DNA of 64,000 bases from Chiloscyllium plagiosum (Eukaryota). The DNA lies in contig NC_057751.1 in the NCBI RefSeq assembly GCF_004010195.1, positions 7,716,137 through 7,780,136 of the forward strand, in the 5' to 3' direction. Shown in pieces: positions 26,933-39,215 of the stretch. Under the pieces are notes generated by a model that was not told the origin of the DNA, made no database searches, and saw only the letters and a list, made by a program, of their open reading frames with translations. Numbering within the stretch: the first letter of the stretch is position 1; every line of letters starts with the position of its first letter. A program made the translations under genes and the position numbers.

Positions 26933-28494
26933 AAGGACATGCCAAGACTCCATTTTCATCTTCAATTAGGATAGACAGTTTAAAATATAGCTGTCTCATC
27001 ACATCAAGCAGCAATGCAGGCTGAACTCAGTCAGGTTCAGACACAGAATCTTGTGTTTACAATTCACATTACACATTACTATCCACTTTGGTCCATTAGT
27101 CTTGATGATATGGCTTTATTGCATCTCGGGACATACCAGCTCATGTGAGACAAGACATTTTTACAAGACATGCAGACAGAGTTTCTGTTCGGGGAACACT
27201 ATCAGGTACATATCAGTGGTCATGATAAACCGTGATGGCTGCGGTGTACTTTCCGTCGTCGCTTTATAGCAATTACACCAAGGATTTCAATCAGCACTAG
27301 ACCAATAAATCCATCTGCTATTTCTGCATGAGACCTTTCTCTTTATTTTCTGAGACTGATGTCAGCGTCAGGAACAACACATCCCTGCGCAGTGACACTT
27401 TGCAAATCTGCCATTGCACTTATTGGGTGTGCTAAGTGAGATGTGGCACCAAAATAGATCCCCTGCATTTGCTGGGGTGGGAGCACAATTTTTCAGCAGA
27501 TTTGCCCCGTGTCTCCTCCTGAAAGCAGGGTTACAGAATAGTAGAATGTCACAGAGCAGGCTGAGGCTGTTCAGCCTAGCAACTCATTGCTGGCTCTTCC
27601 AAAGAGCTGTCTGGTATATTTCCATGGCTGATCTCTATCGTCCCCACTTCCACAACACAGCGAATTAAGCCTTGTCTTTCTAAGGTTCCACTTGAAGCTG
27701 CTAACATCGCACTTGTGGGTTGCACGGTCCAGACTTTCACGAGGCTGTGTAAAAACCACCTTCTCACATCATCTCCAATTAATTTGACACGGGATTCATG
27801 GCACAAAGCAAGGTCAATTCTGGTCATCCTCCTCCCATTCTCTCTTCGTTGAATCCCATCAACAACTCCTTCTACTCTTCTAGCCATGTGCTTACCTATT
27901 TTCCACTGAAATGCAACGTTACATTGCAGTGACGCCTGGAGATTTCCCATAGACCCTGTATGGTTCATGCTTCAGAATCAGTCCTTTGCTCCCACCTGAG
28001 TAATTCAGACTCAGCCCCTCATTCACTAACCCAGTCATCTACCCTGAAAGTCAAGTCCACTAACTTGAGACCCACATACAACAATGCTGTCCTCTCCCAC
28101 TGACCCAGCCCTCACCAGCACTGAATCATCCCTCCCCTCCAGCCCACCAACCTGGATTCCACCTCTACTGACTCAGCCCGTTCCCACTTACTCAGTCTCC
28201 CCTCAACCCTGTTGACCCAAATGTCCCTTGCCACATCACTGACCCTGCACCCCCACTGTCCCCCTCCAAACCGACTCCTGATGCACCCACCACCATTCCA
28301 GCAACCCCTGCTGACCCAGCCTTGGCCCATCAGCCCCAGCTCCCAGACAGTCCAGTGACTCTCGACTCCCCCTACACCGGTGACCAGACTACGCCCAAAC
28401 CATCTCACTACACCTGTCCAAATTATCAGGTCTGTCGTGAAAAAATAAATGACTTCCCTTCTTATCAGTTTGTCAACTACGTGAGCAGATGAGA

Positions 28495-28835
28495 GGCCAG
28501 TGATATTATTGCTAGGTTACTAATCCAGAGACCCAGATAATGTTCTGGGGACCTGGGCTTTAATCGCGCCATGGCAGATGGTGGGATCCAAATTGAATAA
28601 TAATCTGGAAATAAGTGTTTAATGCTGACCATGAAGCCATTGCCAAATGTCAGGAAAAAAAAAACCATGTGGTTCATCCATGTAGTTTCAGGAAGGGAAT
28701 ATGTCATTCTTCCAAAGTATGACCTGTACGCAACAACAGACGCATAGCAATGTGTGAACTGCCTTCTGGGCAATTAAGGTTGGGCAATAAGTGCTGGTCC
28801 AGTCAGCGATGCCCAAATTCTGTGAATGAATTCAG
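28495..28835 (+). mobile_element. Second tRNA-SINE family copy
   Basis: Homologous to 12588-12958 (taatccagagacccagataatgttctgggg...gcaataa). Confidence 0.6.
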
Positions 28836-29397
28836 AGAAAAATTCCTGTCCATCCATCACTCTGGATGCTAAATGGTCAAAGGAAGTAGTCCCTTCTGAC
28901 GTGCCTCATGAAGAATCATCTCAAAAAGAGGAAGAAGGAAACTAACTTACATCTCCGCCTGTGCCTAGTTAGCAGCAATCGGAGGACTACAGCCTGTGGG
29001 CAGGAACAGAAGAGAAAAACCATTTGGCTATTCTTACTGCTTCCCCGTACACCCATGAGTGACTCCTGCTCAGAGGTTTGCATGTCCCTGGGGAGGGGTG
29101 GGAGGACCCCGCTGGCCTCAGGGGTGATGCCTCACTCAGGTGGGGGGTGAGGGAGCTACAGGACTCCGTCAAGAATCATTACCCTCAAGAAGGAAGGGGC
29201 TTCAAGGAGGTGCTGAGTTGCAGCTGGAAGCAGAGCAGTGAGCGAGAAAATTCTCAAATTGTGGTAACTTGCATCTCAGGGTGAATGAACACACTCAAAG
29301 CCAAAGGTTAAAACTTGACCAAAGATGAACAAACTTTAAGGGAGGCCACCTCTAACTGCTTTTCAACCTTCCTCTGGGCGGAAAGTAGGATTGAGTG

Positions 29398-30102
29398 TGT
29401 TATAAAGACGTGGGTGTGCTGTACCTTTCAGAGAGTAAAGGCTAGCAGTGTCAGCACCAAGTGTTCTTGATAAAATACAATGTAACATGTGCTCCAGCTA
29501 CTGGGGTAGCTAGTTACCTGGAAATGGCATAAGAGATTTGAATTAGGCCAACCAGTTTAAATTATACCCCGAAAAATACCAAACTCCAAACAAGTTTGAA
29601 TTGAGTATACTGACAATCTTAAAAGCCTCATTCCAATGCTTTGGGGTATGAGACCAGGGAAAATTGAACAGTTGGGAGGAGAACTGTCACCAGACCAACA
29701 GATGTAGACTGCTAGTCAGAACTCTATGAGAGATACCTGTCTAGAGAAGGAGTTTGCACAGAGACAAACCTCAACACTGACCTAGAGAGCCAATCTACTG
29801 ATGAAGATAAAGAGAAGATTCGACCACTGGCTGGTTTCAAAATTTGGATTTTTCTGTAAATCTTAATTGGGAGTTTTATCTGACTAGTATTATAGAAGGG
29901 AAGGTAAAAGATAAGTTAGAGGAAGGAATTGTAAACAGTTGTTTCATTAATTATTTTCTGTTATATTTTAAGAAATAAAGTTGTTAATTTTTACTTTAAA
30001 TATTTTGGGCCACCTGAATTTTTATAGATTACTGCACGGGATAGATCTTTTCTGTGTTTCTGGTTTTAAATTAAACAGGAGGGTTTACCCTGTGTTGTAA
30101 AA
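29398..30102 (+). mobile_element. Solo LTR
   Basis: Starts TGTTATAAAG; perfect 4-bp TSD AGTG (29394-29397 and 30103-30106); colinear with 7348-8055. Confidence 0.8.
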
Positions 30103-32129
30103 AGTGAATATGCAGATGAGCCTCTGACATACGCTACAACTTCAGGACTCAGAGACTGCCAGGAGGTTAAAGTCAAGGCAATTGAAAGCAAGGAGTTCTG
30201 CTGCCTCATCATTATTGATATAATAAGCATGGTCCTCCAGGCACCCTGAGGTCAGAATAACGCACACTAAAACACACAGTACCCAGTGTTCTTTCAGTTT
30301 CTCATTCAAGCACTGTGTGTTATCTATTACTCAAACCATCATCCTGACAGTGACCTTAATTCTTCTTTCATTCTTCAGAGTCGTGTATTTCCCTTAAACA
30401 TCAATTGCACCTTACACTAAGTCTCTCTCTTAGCCTGACCTGTGCGGGAAAGGACAGAGGAAACTACACTACAATTTTGTACAGAATTTGACCAGGAATT
30501 AGCGGTGCCAGCATCACACTGTAATCAGAACAAGCTCCGTACGCACCTTGGGGTTAGAATGAACAGAACTAAGAACAGTAAAACAGGCAGAGAAAAATAT
30601 GCTCACGTGTTTCTTTCAGAAGACAGTCTGAAAGGACAATTGGTCTCTGTGAAACTGTAGGAATAGCCACCAGACTTGCTGTGTGTCAATAATCCATTTC
30701 TTCCATAGTCTCCCCTGCTTGCATTTATGAGATGAAATTATACTTTCTGTGCAGTGCACAGTGTGCCTGCATTGGAAAACGAACAGCTGCCTTCGTTTTT
30801 AAAATTTTTTCATTGAATCACAGAATCCCTACAGTGCAGTAAGAGGCCATTCAGCCCATCGAGTCTGCACTGACACCCCTGCAAAGAGCATCCTACCCAG
30901 GTCAATCAGTGCATTAGTGTTTGTTCATATTATTCAACGGGCAAGAGATACACACGAACTTTCTTCGAGCACACATAAGTGAGTGCCATCTGGAAAATTG
31001 CAGCAGTCGTTGCAGGAGAGCTGGAGGACTGAGTAAGTCAACAAACTCTCTCGGCAACGGTTTGGAGGGATATGGGCTGGGTGCTGGCAGGTGGGACTAG
31101 ACTGGGTTGGGATATGGTGCTGGCAGGTGGGACTAGACTGGGTTGGGATATCTGGTCGGCATGGATGAGTTGGACCACAGGATCTGTTTCCATGCTATAC
31201 ATCTCCATGACTCTATGGTAAAGAAAAGCCTCAGTTTCTGTGTCTCTCGCTAAATGGCTTGGGAAGTTTTGACGTGAATTCAATTTGCACACAACACAAT
31301 CTAATTAAGCAAAGCGAAGAATTTAACTGATTAACACAGGGTTTGTAAATAACAGATTGGAATGAGGCGACTGGTTGAGAAGCACAAACTATTCTGCGTC
31401 ACTGGACCACATAGTCCATTATGTTCCCATATGGAGTATTTACCCACTGAGACAGCAGGGAATCTGTGAGTGCGTCCAGTGCTGACGCCTGTGATACAGT
31501 TAATATTGCGCAGGCAATGCTTATTGCCACAAAAAGATCTATTTCTCTAGTCATTCTCATTGCTCCATTAGTGCTATAAAGCTGCGGATCTCAACATAAG
31601 CCCAGAGGCCTCAGAACAAAATCATTGAGACCACAAAAGTCACTTCTATTAATTTTGACTCTGATCAGCTTCAGCTAAATGCAGAGTTCCATTTGAGTTG
31701 CTTCGCTCAGGAGCTTTCCAAAAGCACCGAACTGTGACCCAGAGTTCATTTAGATCGCGACTGTGGCAGCCGCAGGTCACTGCAACCGAATCCAGGAGAA
31801 AGATTACATTCCAGTGAGATTTGTGCAGCCTTTCTGTGTACACAGTCAAGAAAACGCCTTTTTTTGCCCCATTTCATCTGTATGCTGCAACAATACATAC
31901 TTTATACGGTCACATATCAGACGTCAAGTGGTGCAACACTTCAGCTGAATAATCTGCATTCCGTGCCCAATGTGCCCTCACACCCAACAACGGGTCTTGG
32001 AATGTCCCTTGGCCATTCCAAATGCCTCTGTTGCGACATGGATTGGACTCCCTGAAATGATGGTGGGAGCAGATCCTAACGAATATTCCACAGATGCGTG
32101 AAGGGAAATCCAAAGGATTGCAAGGGGAA

Positions 32130-33020
32130 TGCAATGCAGATGACACAACGCTGGATGGAAAGGTGAGCTGTGAGGCGGTTGCAGAGATGTTGCAATGTGA
32201 TTTGGACAGGTCGAGTGGGTGGGCAAATGCAAGGCAGATGCAGTACCGCATATATAAACATGAGTGTCATCCACTTGGGTGGCGGGTTGTTACTTGAATG
32301 GCTGCAAATTGTGAGGGGGGAATTTTCTATGTCTCCCCATCCTTCATTTGCTGAAAAATGTGCAGGTGCAAGAGGCAGTAAAGAAGGAAGACTGTACGTT
32401 GGTTGACGTAGCAAGAGGACTCAACAACAGGAGCAATGATGTCTTGCTGCAACTGTGCGCAGTTTTGATCTCCTTATCCAAGGAAGGATGTTCTTGCCCT
32501 TGAGTGCAGTGTAGGTTCACCAGACTGATTCCAGGGATGGTAGGACTGATGTATGAGGAGAGATTGAGTCAGTTAGGGGTCTATTCATTGAAGTTCAGAA
32601 GAATGAGGAGGGGTTTCATAAAACCATCTAACATTCTAACAGGACTAGACAGGTTAGACGCAGTTGAGATGTTCCTGATGGTGTGGCAGTCCAGAACTCC
32701 CACCAGGGTAATGGTTAAACGATTTAGTGTAGAGATGAGGAGAAATTTCTTCAACCAGAGAGTGGTGAGCCTGGGGAATTCACTACCGCAAAACGTCGTT
32801 CAGGCCAAAATATTGTGTGTTTTCAAGCAGGAAGTAGATATCCCTCTTTTGACTGAAGGGATGAAAGGACATTGGTGGAGGTGGGGGAGGCGAGGGGGAG
32901 GGGCAGTGTGAAGAGGACAAATCAGAACATTGAGCTCAATGATCAACCATGATCAGAATGACTGGCCGGACATGCTCGAGGGTTTGAATAGTCTACTCCC
33001 GCTCCTATCTTCTACGTTTC
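32130..33020 (+). mobile_element. Old CR1 3' fragment
   Basis: QCRFTRLIPGMVGLMYEERL..RNFFNQRVV. Confidence 0.85.
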
Positions 33021-33764
33021 TCCAACAGAAGCTAGAAGGATGGTGGAAAAATTGGGAAGTGGACTTCGTGGGAAAGCTGTGATGAAGAGCTGACGCAGCA
33101 ACATCGGGCCAAATGGCCTCCTGGCTGTGTCACACTATGCTACTTGCGTCTGCATTGGCAGGAAGAGTAGGAGGATTTTGTGGGGGTGAGGGTGGATGGT
33201 GTGGGAGTAGAGTAAGAGCCACAGTCCTGGAGATGAGGAAGGGGGGGGGGGGGGAGCTGGGAGGCTGAGAGTCATTGAGTCGCACAGCACAGAAACAGGC
33301 CCTTCAGCCCAACCTGTCCATAATGATCATAATCACAAACTAAACTAGTCCCACCAGCCTGCACTTGGCCAACATCCCTTCAAATATTTCCTATTGATGT
33401 ATCAATCCAAACGTCTTTTTAAACATTGTAACTGTACCTGCATCCTCCACTTCTTCTGGAAGTTCATTCCACACGTGAACCATTGTCTGTGTAAACAAAT
33501 TTCCCCTCATGCCTTTTCTGAATCTTTCGCCTCTGACCTTAGTCCTGAAAGGTAGGAGAGTGAATTACAGTGAGGCATAAAGCAACACGCCAGCTGGTCC
33601 CAAAATGAACCACGACAGAACCCAGGGCCACGCAAGGGAAGGAGATGCATTCGTCACTTGTACAAGAGGACTTGACAAACAAGGAGAGTCTTGGGGAAAC
33701 AGCAGGGTGACCATCACACAGCTTTTTCAGAAGGGCGCCCAATGGGCTCGGTGATCTCCTGACA

Positions 33765-34400
33765 CAAACAAGAACAGAAGTTGCTGGAAAAGGTCTGCAG
33801 CGTGTGTGAAGAGAAATCAGAGTTAACATTTCAGGTCTCCTCGGAACTGAAGGTAGCTCGGAAAATGTTGGTTTATATGCAGAAGGAAGGGTGGGGGAAG
33901 GTGGGGGGAAGGAGAAAATGATAAATGGGAATAGAACCCAAAGAGAGAGAAGAACAGTTGGAGAGACAAAAGAGTGTGAATAGCTGTAAAGGAGATCATT
34001 AGTGGCGAGCAATAGGTAAAGTTAAAATCACACAACACCAGATTATAGACCAACAGGTTTAGTTGGAAGCACTAGCTTTCAAAGCATCACTCCCTCATCA
34101 GGTGGTTGTCATCTGATGAAGGAGCAGCGCTCCGAAAGCTAGTACTTCCAAATAAACATGTTGAACTATAACCTGGTGTTGTCTGATTTTTAACTTTGTA
34201 CACTCCAGTCCAACCCCGGCACTTCCAAGTCATAATGATAGGTAGTGTGTAATGGCAGATGATGTGATAACAAGGCCTGAGGTGTGGGGTAGGGGGCTAG
34301 GACATGGGAGAATTCAGGCCCTAAAATTATTGAACTTGATATTGATTCCAGGGGGGCTACGGGCTCCCGAAGCAAAGAATAACACCTCATTTTCCGTTTG
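33765..34400 (-). mobile_element. PLE-related tail (family C) interrupted by a family A palindrome
   Basis: cagaagttgctggaaaag...gagttaacatttcagg resembles the reverse of 46150-46285. Confidence 0.55.
34019..34237. mobile_element. Palindromic PLE-tail mini-element with hammerheads on both strands
   Basis: Degenerate minus core at ~34070-34104 and intact plus core at 34110-34143; flanked by ATAGGTA at 34012-34018 and 34238-34244. Confidence 0.8.
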
Positions 34401-35145
34401 GGGTAAAGAGAAAAGGGAACTAATGTTTCACACTCCAGGTGAATCAGGGTCGATTCCAGATAAAGGGCATTGAAAATCTGAATCATGTCACCTTATAAAA
34501 ACTTTTGAGAGTGTGGGGGTGTGGTCTAGTGGACAATCTCAAATTAAAAGATTGGTATAGGTTTTTGTTTGGCGAGGTTATTCAAAGTTACGAAGCCAAG
34601 GTGGGTTGACGATGATGTGGGACAGATCGTCTGCAATCTGAATAATCGAAGAAGTTTGGTGGGACTCAACCGCTTCTTTCTGCACCTGTCCACAGGTATG
34701 GGTGGGTTCCGCCTCGCCTGACTGATCTGCTAGCCTGAGGTGATCAATGTCGGAAAGTATGGCACTGGGAAAGCACAGTAGGTCAGGCAGCATCCGAGGA
34801 GCAGGAGAGTCCATGTTTCAGGCATAAGCCATCAATACCACTGCAGGAAATTCCAGAACAGCCACCTCAAAAACACCAGCAACGGTTCTCCTTCAAGATC
34901 TTCAGCTCCACACTTGCAGCAATGCGCCGGCACCTAACCTCTCTACAGTCAGCCCGGCCTCAGCTGAGGGCCACACTCTCTCAGAATTGCAAAGGACCCC
35001 TTCTGTACTACATCCTCAGGAGAATTCATACTCTCAACAAACAGTATTTCAACTCCATCTCAAACATCAAAAACTGTAGGTACAACAAACTTTTATCTAC
35101 CCACCTCCATAACCAGCGCTCCTCAAACATTCCAGAAGATTCCCC

Positions 35146-35522
35146 NNNNNNNNNNNNNNNNNNNNNNNNNNNNNNNNNNNNNNNNNNNNNNNNNNNNNNN
35201 NNNNNNNNNNNNNNNNNNNNNNNNNNNNNNNNNNNNNNNNNNNNNNNNNNNNNNNNNNNNNNNNNNNNNNNNNNNNNNNNNNNNNNNNNNNNNNNNNNNN
35301 NNNNNNNNNNNNNNNNNNNNNNNNNNNNNNNNNNNNNNNNNNNNNNNNNNNNNNNNNNNNNNNNNNNNNNNNNNNNNNNNNNNNNNNNNNNNNNNNNNNN
35401 NNNNNNNNNNNNNNNNNNNNNNNNNNNNNNNNNNNNNNNNNNNNNNNNNNNNNNNNNNNNNNNNNNNNNNNNNNNNNNNNNNNNNNNNNNNNNNNNNNNN
35501 NNNNNNNNNNNNNNNNNNNNNN
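35146..35522. other. Assembly gap
   Basis: N run. Confidence 1.
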
Positions 35523-35690
35523 GTAGAGTGGGAGGGGGAGTTGAAATGTTGGGCCACTGGGCGATTTGGTTGATTGGTGCGGGTGTCTCGGAGATGTTCC
35601 CTAAAGCGCTCTGCTAGGAGGCGCCCAGTCTCCCCAATGTAGAGGAGACCGCATCGGGAGCAACGGATACAATAAATGATATTAGTGGAT
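35523..35690 (-). pseudogene. PLE GIY-YIG endonuclease fragment, inverted relative to the RT
   Basis: Translates STNIIYCIRCSRCGLLYIGETGRLLAERFREHLRDTRTNQPNRPVAQHFNSPSHS. Confidence 0.9.
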
Positions 35691-35708
35691 ACCTAACCCT
35701 AACCCCCC

Positions 35709-36982
35709 CATCACCAAACCATCATCTCCCCCCCCATACAGAACCTCATCACCTCCGGAGATCTCCCACCCACAGCTTCCAACCTCATAGTCCGGGAACC
35801 CCGCACTGCCCGGTTCTACCTCCTTCCCAAGATCCACAAGCCTGACCACCCTGGCCGACCCATTGTCTCAGCATGCTCCTGCCCCACTGAACTCATATCT
35901 ACCTACCTCGACACTGTCCTATCCCTCCTAGTCCAGGAACTCCCCACATACGTTCGAGACACCACCCATGCCCTCCACCTCCTCCAAGACCTCCGTTTCC
36001 CCGGCCCCCAACGTTTCATCTTCACTATGGATATCCCATCCCTCTACACCTCCATCCGCCATGAACAGGGCCTCCAAGCCCTCCATTTCTGCCTTTCCCG
36101 ACATCCCCAACAGTACCCTTCCACCGACACTCTCATTCGTTTGGCTGAACTGGTCCTCACCCTTTACAATTTCTCCTTCAAATCCTCCCACTTCCTCCAG
36201 ACCAAAGGGGTAGCCATGGGCACCTGTATGGGCCCCAGCTATGCCTGTCTCTTTGTTGGCTACGTAGAACAGTCGATCTTCCGTAATTACACCAGCACCA
36301 CTCCCCACCTTTTCCTCCGCTACATCGATGACTGCATTGGTGCCATCTCGTGCTCTCGCGAGGAGGTTGAGCAATTCATCAACTTCACCAACACATTCCA
36401 GCCTGACCTCAAATTTACCTGGACCATCTCTGACACCTCCCTCCCCTTCCTGGACCTCTCCACCTCCATTAATGACGACTGACCTGATACCGACATTTTT
36501 TACAAACCCACCGACTCCCACAGCTACCTGGATTACACCTCTTCCCACCCTACCTCTTGCAAAAATGCCATCCCGTATTCCCAATTCCTCCGCCGGATCT
36601 GCTCCCAGGAGGACCAGTTCCACCACAGAACACACCAGATGGCCTCCTTCTTTAGAGACCACAATTTCCCTTCCCTCATGGTTAAAGATGCCCTCCAACG
36701 CATCTCATCTACATCCCGCACCTCTACCCTCAGACTCCACCCCTCCAACCATAACAAGGACAGAACGCCCATGGTGCTCACCTTCCACCCTACCAACCTT
36801 CGCATAAACCAAATCAGCCGCCGACATTTCCGTCACATCCAAACAGACCCCACCACCAGGGATATATTTCCCTCCCCACCCCTTTCCGCCTTCCGCAAAG
36901 ACCGTTCCCTCCGTGACTACCTGGTCAGGTCCACGCCCCCCCTACAACCCACCCTCCCATCCTGGCACCTTCTCCTGCCACC
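35709..36982 (+). pseudogene. Penelope-type reverse transcriptase with one in-frame TGA
   Basis: FYLLPKIHKP..GRPIVS, MDIPSLYT, GVAMGT.MGPSYA, FLRYIDD, PFLDL, YKPTDSHSYL in one frame; TGA at 36480-36482. Confidence 0.93.
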
Positions 36983-37333
36983 NNNNNNNNNNNNNNNNNN
37001 NNNNNNNNNNNNNNNNNNNNNNNNNNNNNNNNNNNNNNNNNNNNNNNNNNNNNNNNNNNNNNNNNNNNNNNNNNNNNNNNNNNNNNNNNNNNNNNNNNNN
37101 NNNNNNNNNNNNNNNNNNNNNNNNNNNNNNNNNNNNNNNNNNNNNNNNNNNNNNNNNNNNNNNNNNNNNNNNNNNNNNNNNNNNNNNNNNNNNNNNNNNN
37201 NNNNNNNNNNNNNNNNNNNNNNNNNNNNNNNNNNNNNNNNNNNNNNNNNNNNNNNNNNNNNNNNNNNNNNNNNNNNNNNNNNNNNNNNNNNNNNNNNNNN
37301 NNNNNNNNNNNNNNNNNNNNNNNNNNNNNNNNN
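36983..37333. other. Assembly gap
   Basis: N run. Confidence 1.
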
Positions 37334-37425
37334 AATCTCCAGCAACTGCAGTACTCTATGCTACTTTCTCCCCACCCCCACCCTCCTCTAGCTTATCTCT
37401 CCACACTTCAGGCTCTCTTCCTGTA

Positions 37426-37458
37426 TTCCTGATGAAGGGCTTTTGCCCGAAACATCGA
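37426..37458 (+). ncRNA. Minimal hammerhead motif (family B)
   Basis: ttc-CTGATGA-agggcttttgccc-GAA-ACAT-C-ga; stem III palindrome ACGT mutated to ACAT. Confidence 0.65.
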
Positions 37459-38889
37459 TTTTACTGCTCGTCGGATGCTGCCTGAACTGCTGTGCTCTTC
37501 CAGCACCACTAATCCAGAACCCCTTTTTTACATTGACGAACCTACCTTCCCTGTGTCTTTGCGACTGAAAAAGGGCAGCTGCAAGGCAGGGATTACACAG
37601 CAGATCCCACGATAACTGAGCTCATCTAACTTGGCAGCGGTGACGGGAAAGTCAAAGTTAACAACCCAAAGCATTGTCAACATGAGAGATGGAATTCGTC
37701 AGACAGTCTTTGCAACACAATGTGCAAATTAACCATAAACTTCGAGCTTTTCAGCATTCCGCACTACTGCGCAAAGTGAAGCTTTCACCTTCAATCCCCA
37801 AGGAGCATTATGTGAGGAACAGAAAAGAGGGACAGCTGTTACTCGAGATCAAACCCTGCACAAAGGAAGGGTGTGCAAACAAGCAACCGTCCACATAAAG
37901 ACACACACACAAACCCGCAGAAAATACTCGAACACACACACACACATGCAAGCACATGGACAGAAATGCAGTGACTTAGCCATGAAACAGACTCCATGCA
38001 GGGTACAAGAGACGCATATATCCAATCCCATGCTTTTGGGGGTATGCACAAAAACATGGTGCGCACACAACACATGCAGAATCAAAGACACACACCCACA
38101 CACACACAGATGTATAAACTGACTGAGAACACATTTGGGGGAGAGAATTTGCACTGTATATTGATAGCTGCTAATGAATTGCTTCTCCATTAGATTTGCA
38201 TGTAAGTTGCATCCAAGTGCAACATGGTAAAGTGGCTTTGTTGGGGGCTGGGAGGATGGCGTCATGGAGGTGGGGGTGGAGAGAGACTGCTCACACAGTC
38301 TTCTGTTTCTGAGCAAACCTTCCTGCTCACAGAAACAGCATCCTCAGATAGACAAGGCTCAGGACAACCAAAACGATTGTGCCCCAAACTCCGAACATCT
38401 GCATTTTCGGCAGATTAAATGACTCAATCTGGAGGCTAAAAGGAGACATCACCAAACGCAAGCAAAACAGGAAAGAAGGACTGTCTTGATGGAATGACAC
38501 ATCCATCGTTGACAGGAGATGCTGTGAGCATGATATTGCTGTGGTGTGCAGGCACACACACTGATCGGAATTCAAACAGGGTCAGGCAAACTAACCTGGC
38601 TCTCAGATACCCCCTTTGAAAGCAACTGCGTTATGCAGAGTACCCTGTTTCATCTCCTCTTTTCCCATCATCACAGGGAGATGAATGGCGATGGAGTTAA
38701 TTTTCCTCTGGTGTTGATTACTCTGTCAGACTTCACACTGCTCCACAGGGCATGACAACTTGCATTCGTATAGCAACCTCGACTGACACACAGAGATATC
38801 CCAAGATTCATCCGGAGGGTGATGAATCAGACAAGATCGAACAACGAGGCATAACAAGAGGTAGTGGGACTCCATTTAGACTTCTCGCT

Positions 38890-39215
38890 GCCAACATTAC
38901 GGAAGACCCTGTCTGACCCTGGTAGTTCTCTCTTGCAACTTCTTCTGTCAGGTAGAAGATACTGAAGCTTGAATACACGAACCAACAGTTTCAGGAACAG
39001 CTTGTTCCCTGCTGTTATGAGAGCGATCAATGGACTCCCTGGCTTCAAATAATGTTGATTGTGCTTCATGCATCTTCTGTGTAACCCATGTGCCTTGCTC
39101 TGTCTAAGCACCGTATGTTCTGGATGTCCTTGCTTACTACGATCTGCCTGTACCGCTCACAAAAACAAAGCCTTTCACCGTCCTTAGGCACATGTGACCA
39201 CAATAAATCAAAACA
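38890..39215 (+). mobile_element. Rex1/Babar-type LINE 3' end
   Basis: Decayed LLLSGRRY*SLNTRTNSFRNSLFPAVMR followed by 3' UTR and AATAAA. Confidence 0.7.

Larger units (their letters stand above)
34745..37520 (+). mobile_element. Penelope-like retroelement (family B), gapped
   Basis: Inverted tail at 34745-34830, N-terminal ORF segment, RT, and hammerhead tail at 37420-37520. Confidence 0.88.

Noticed and set aside
35928..36698. 256-aa minus-strand ORF
   Set aside because: Antisense shadow of the C-rich Penelope RT frame
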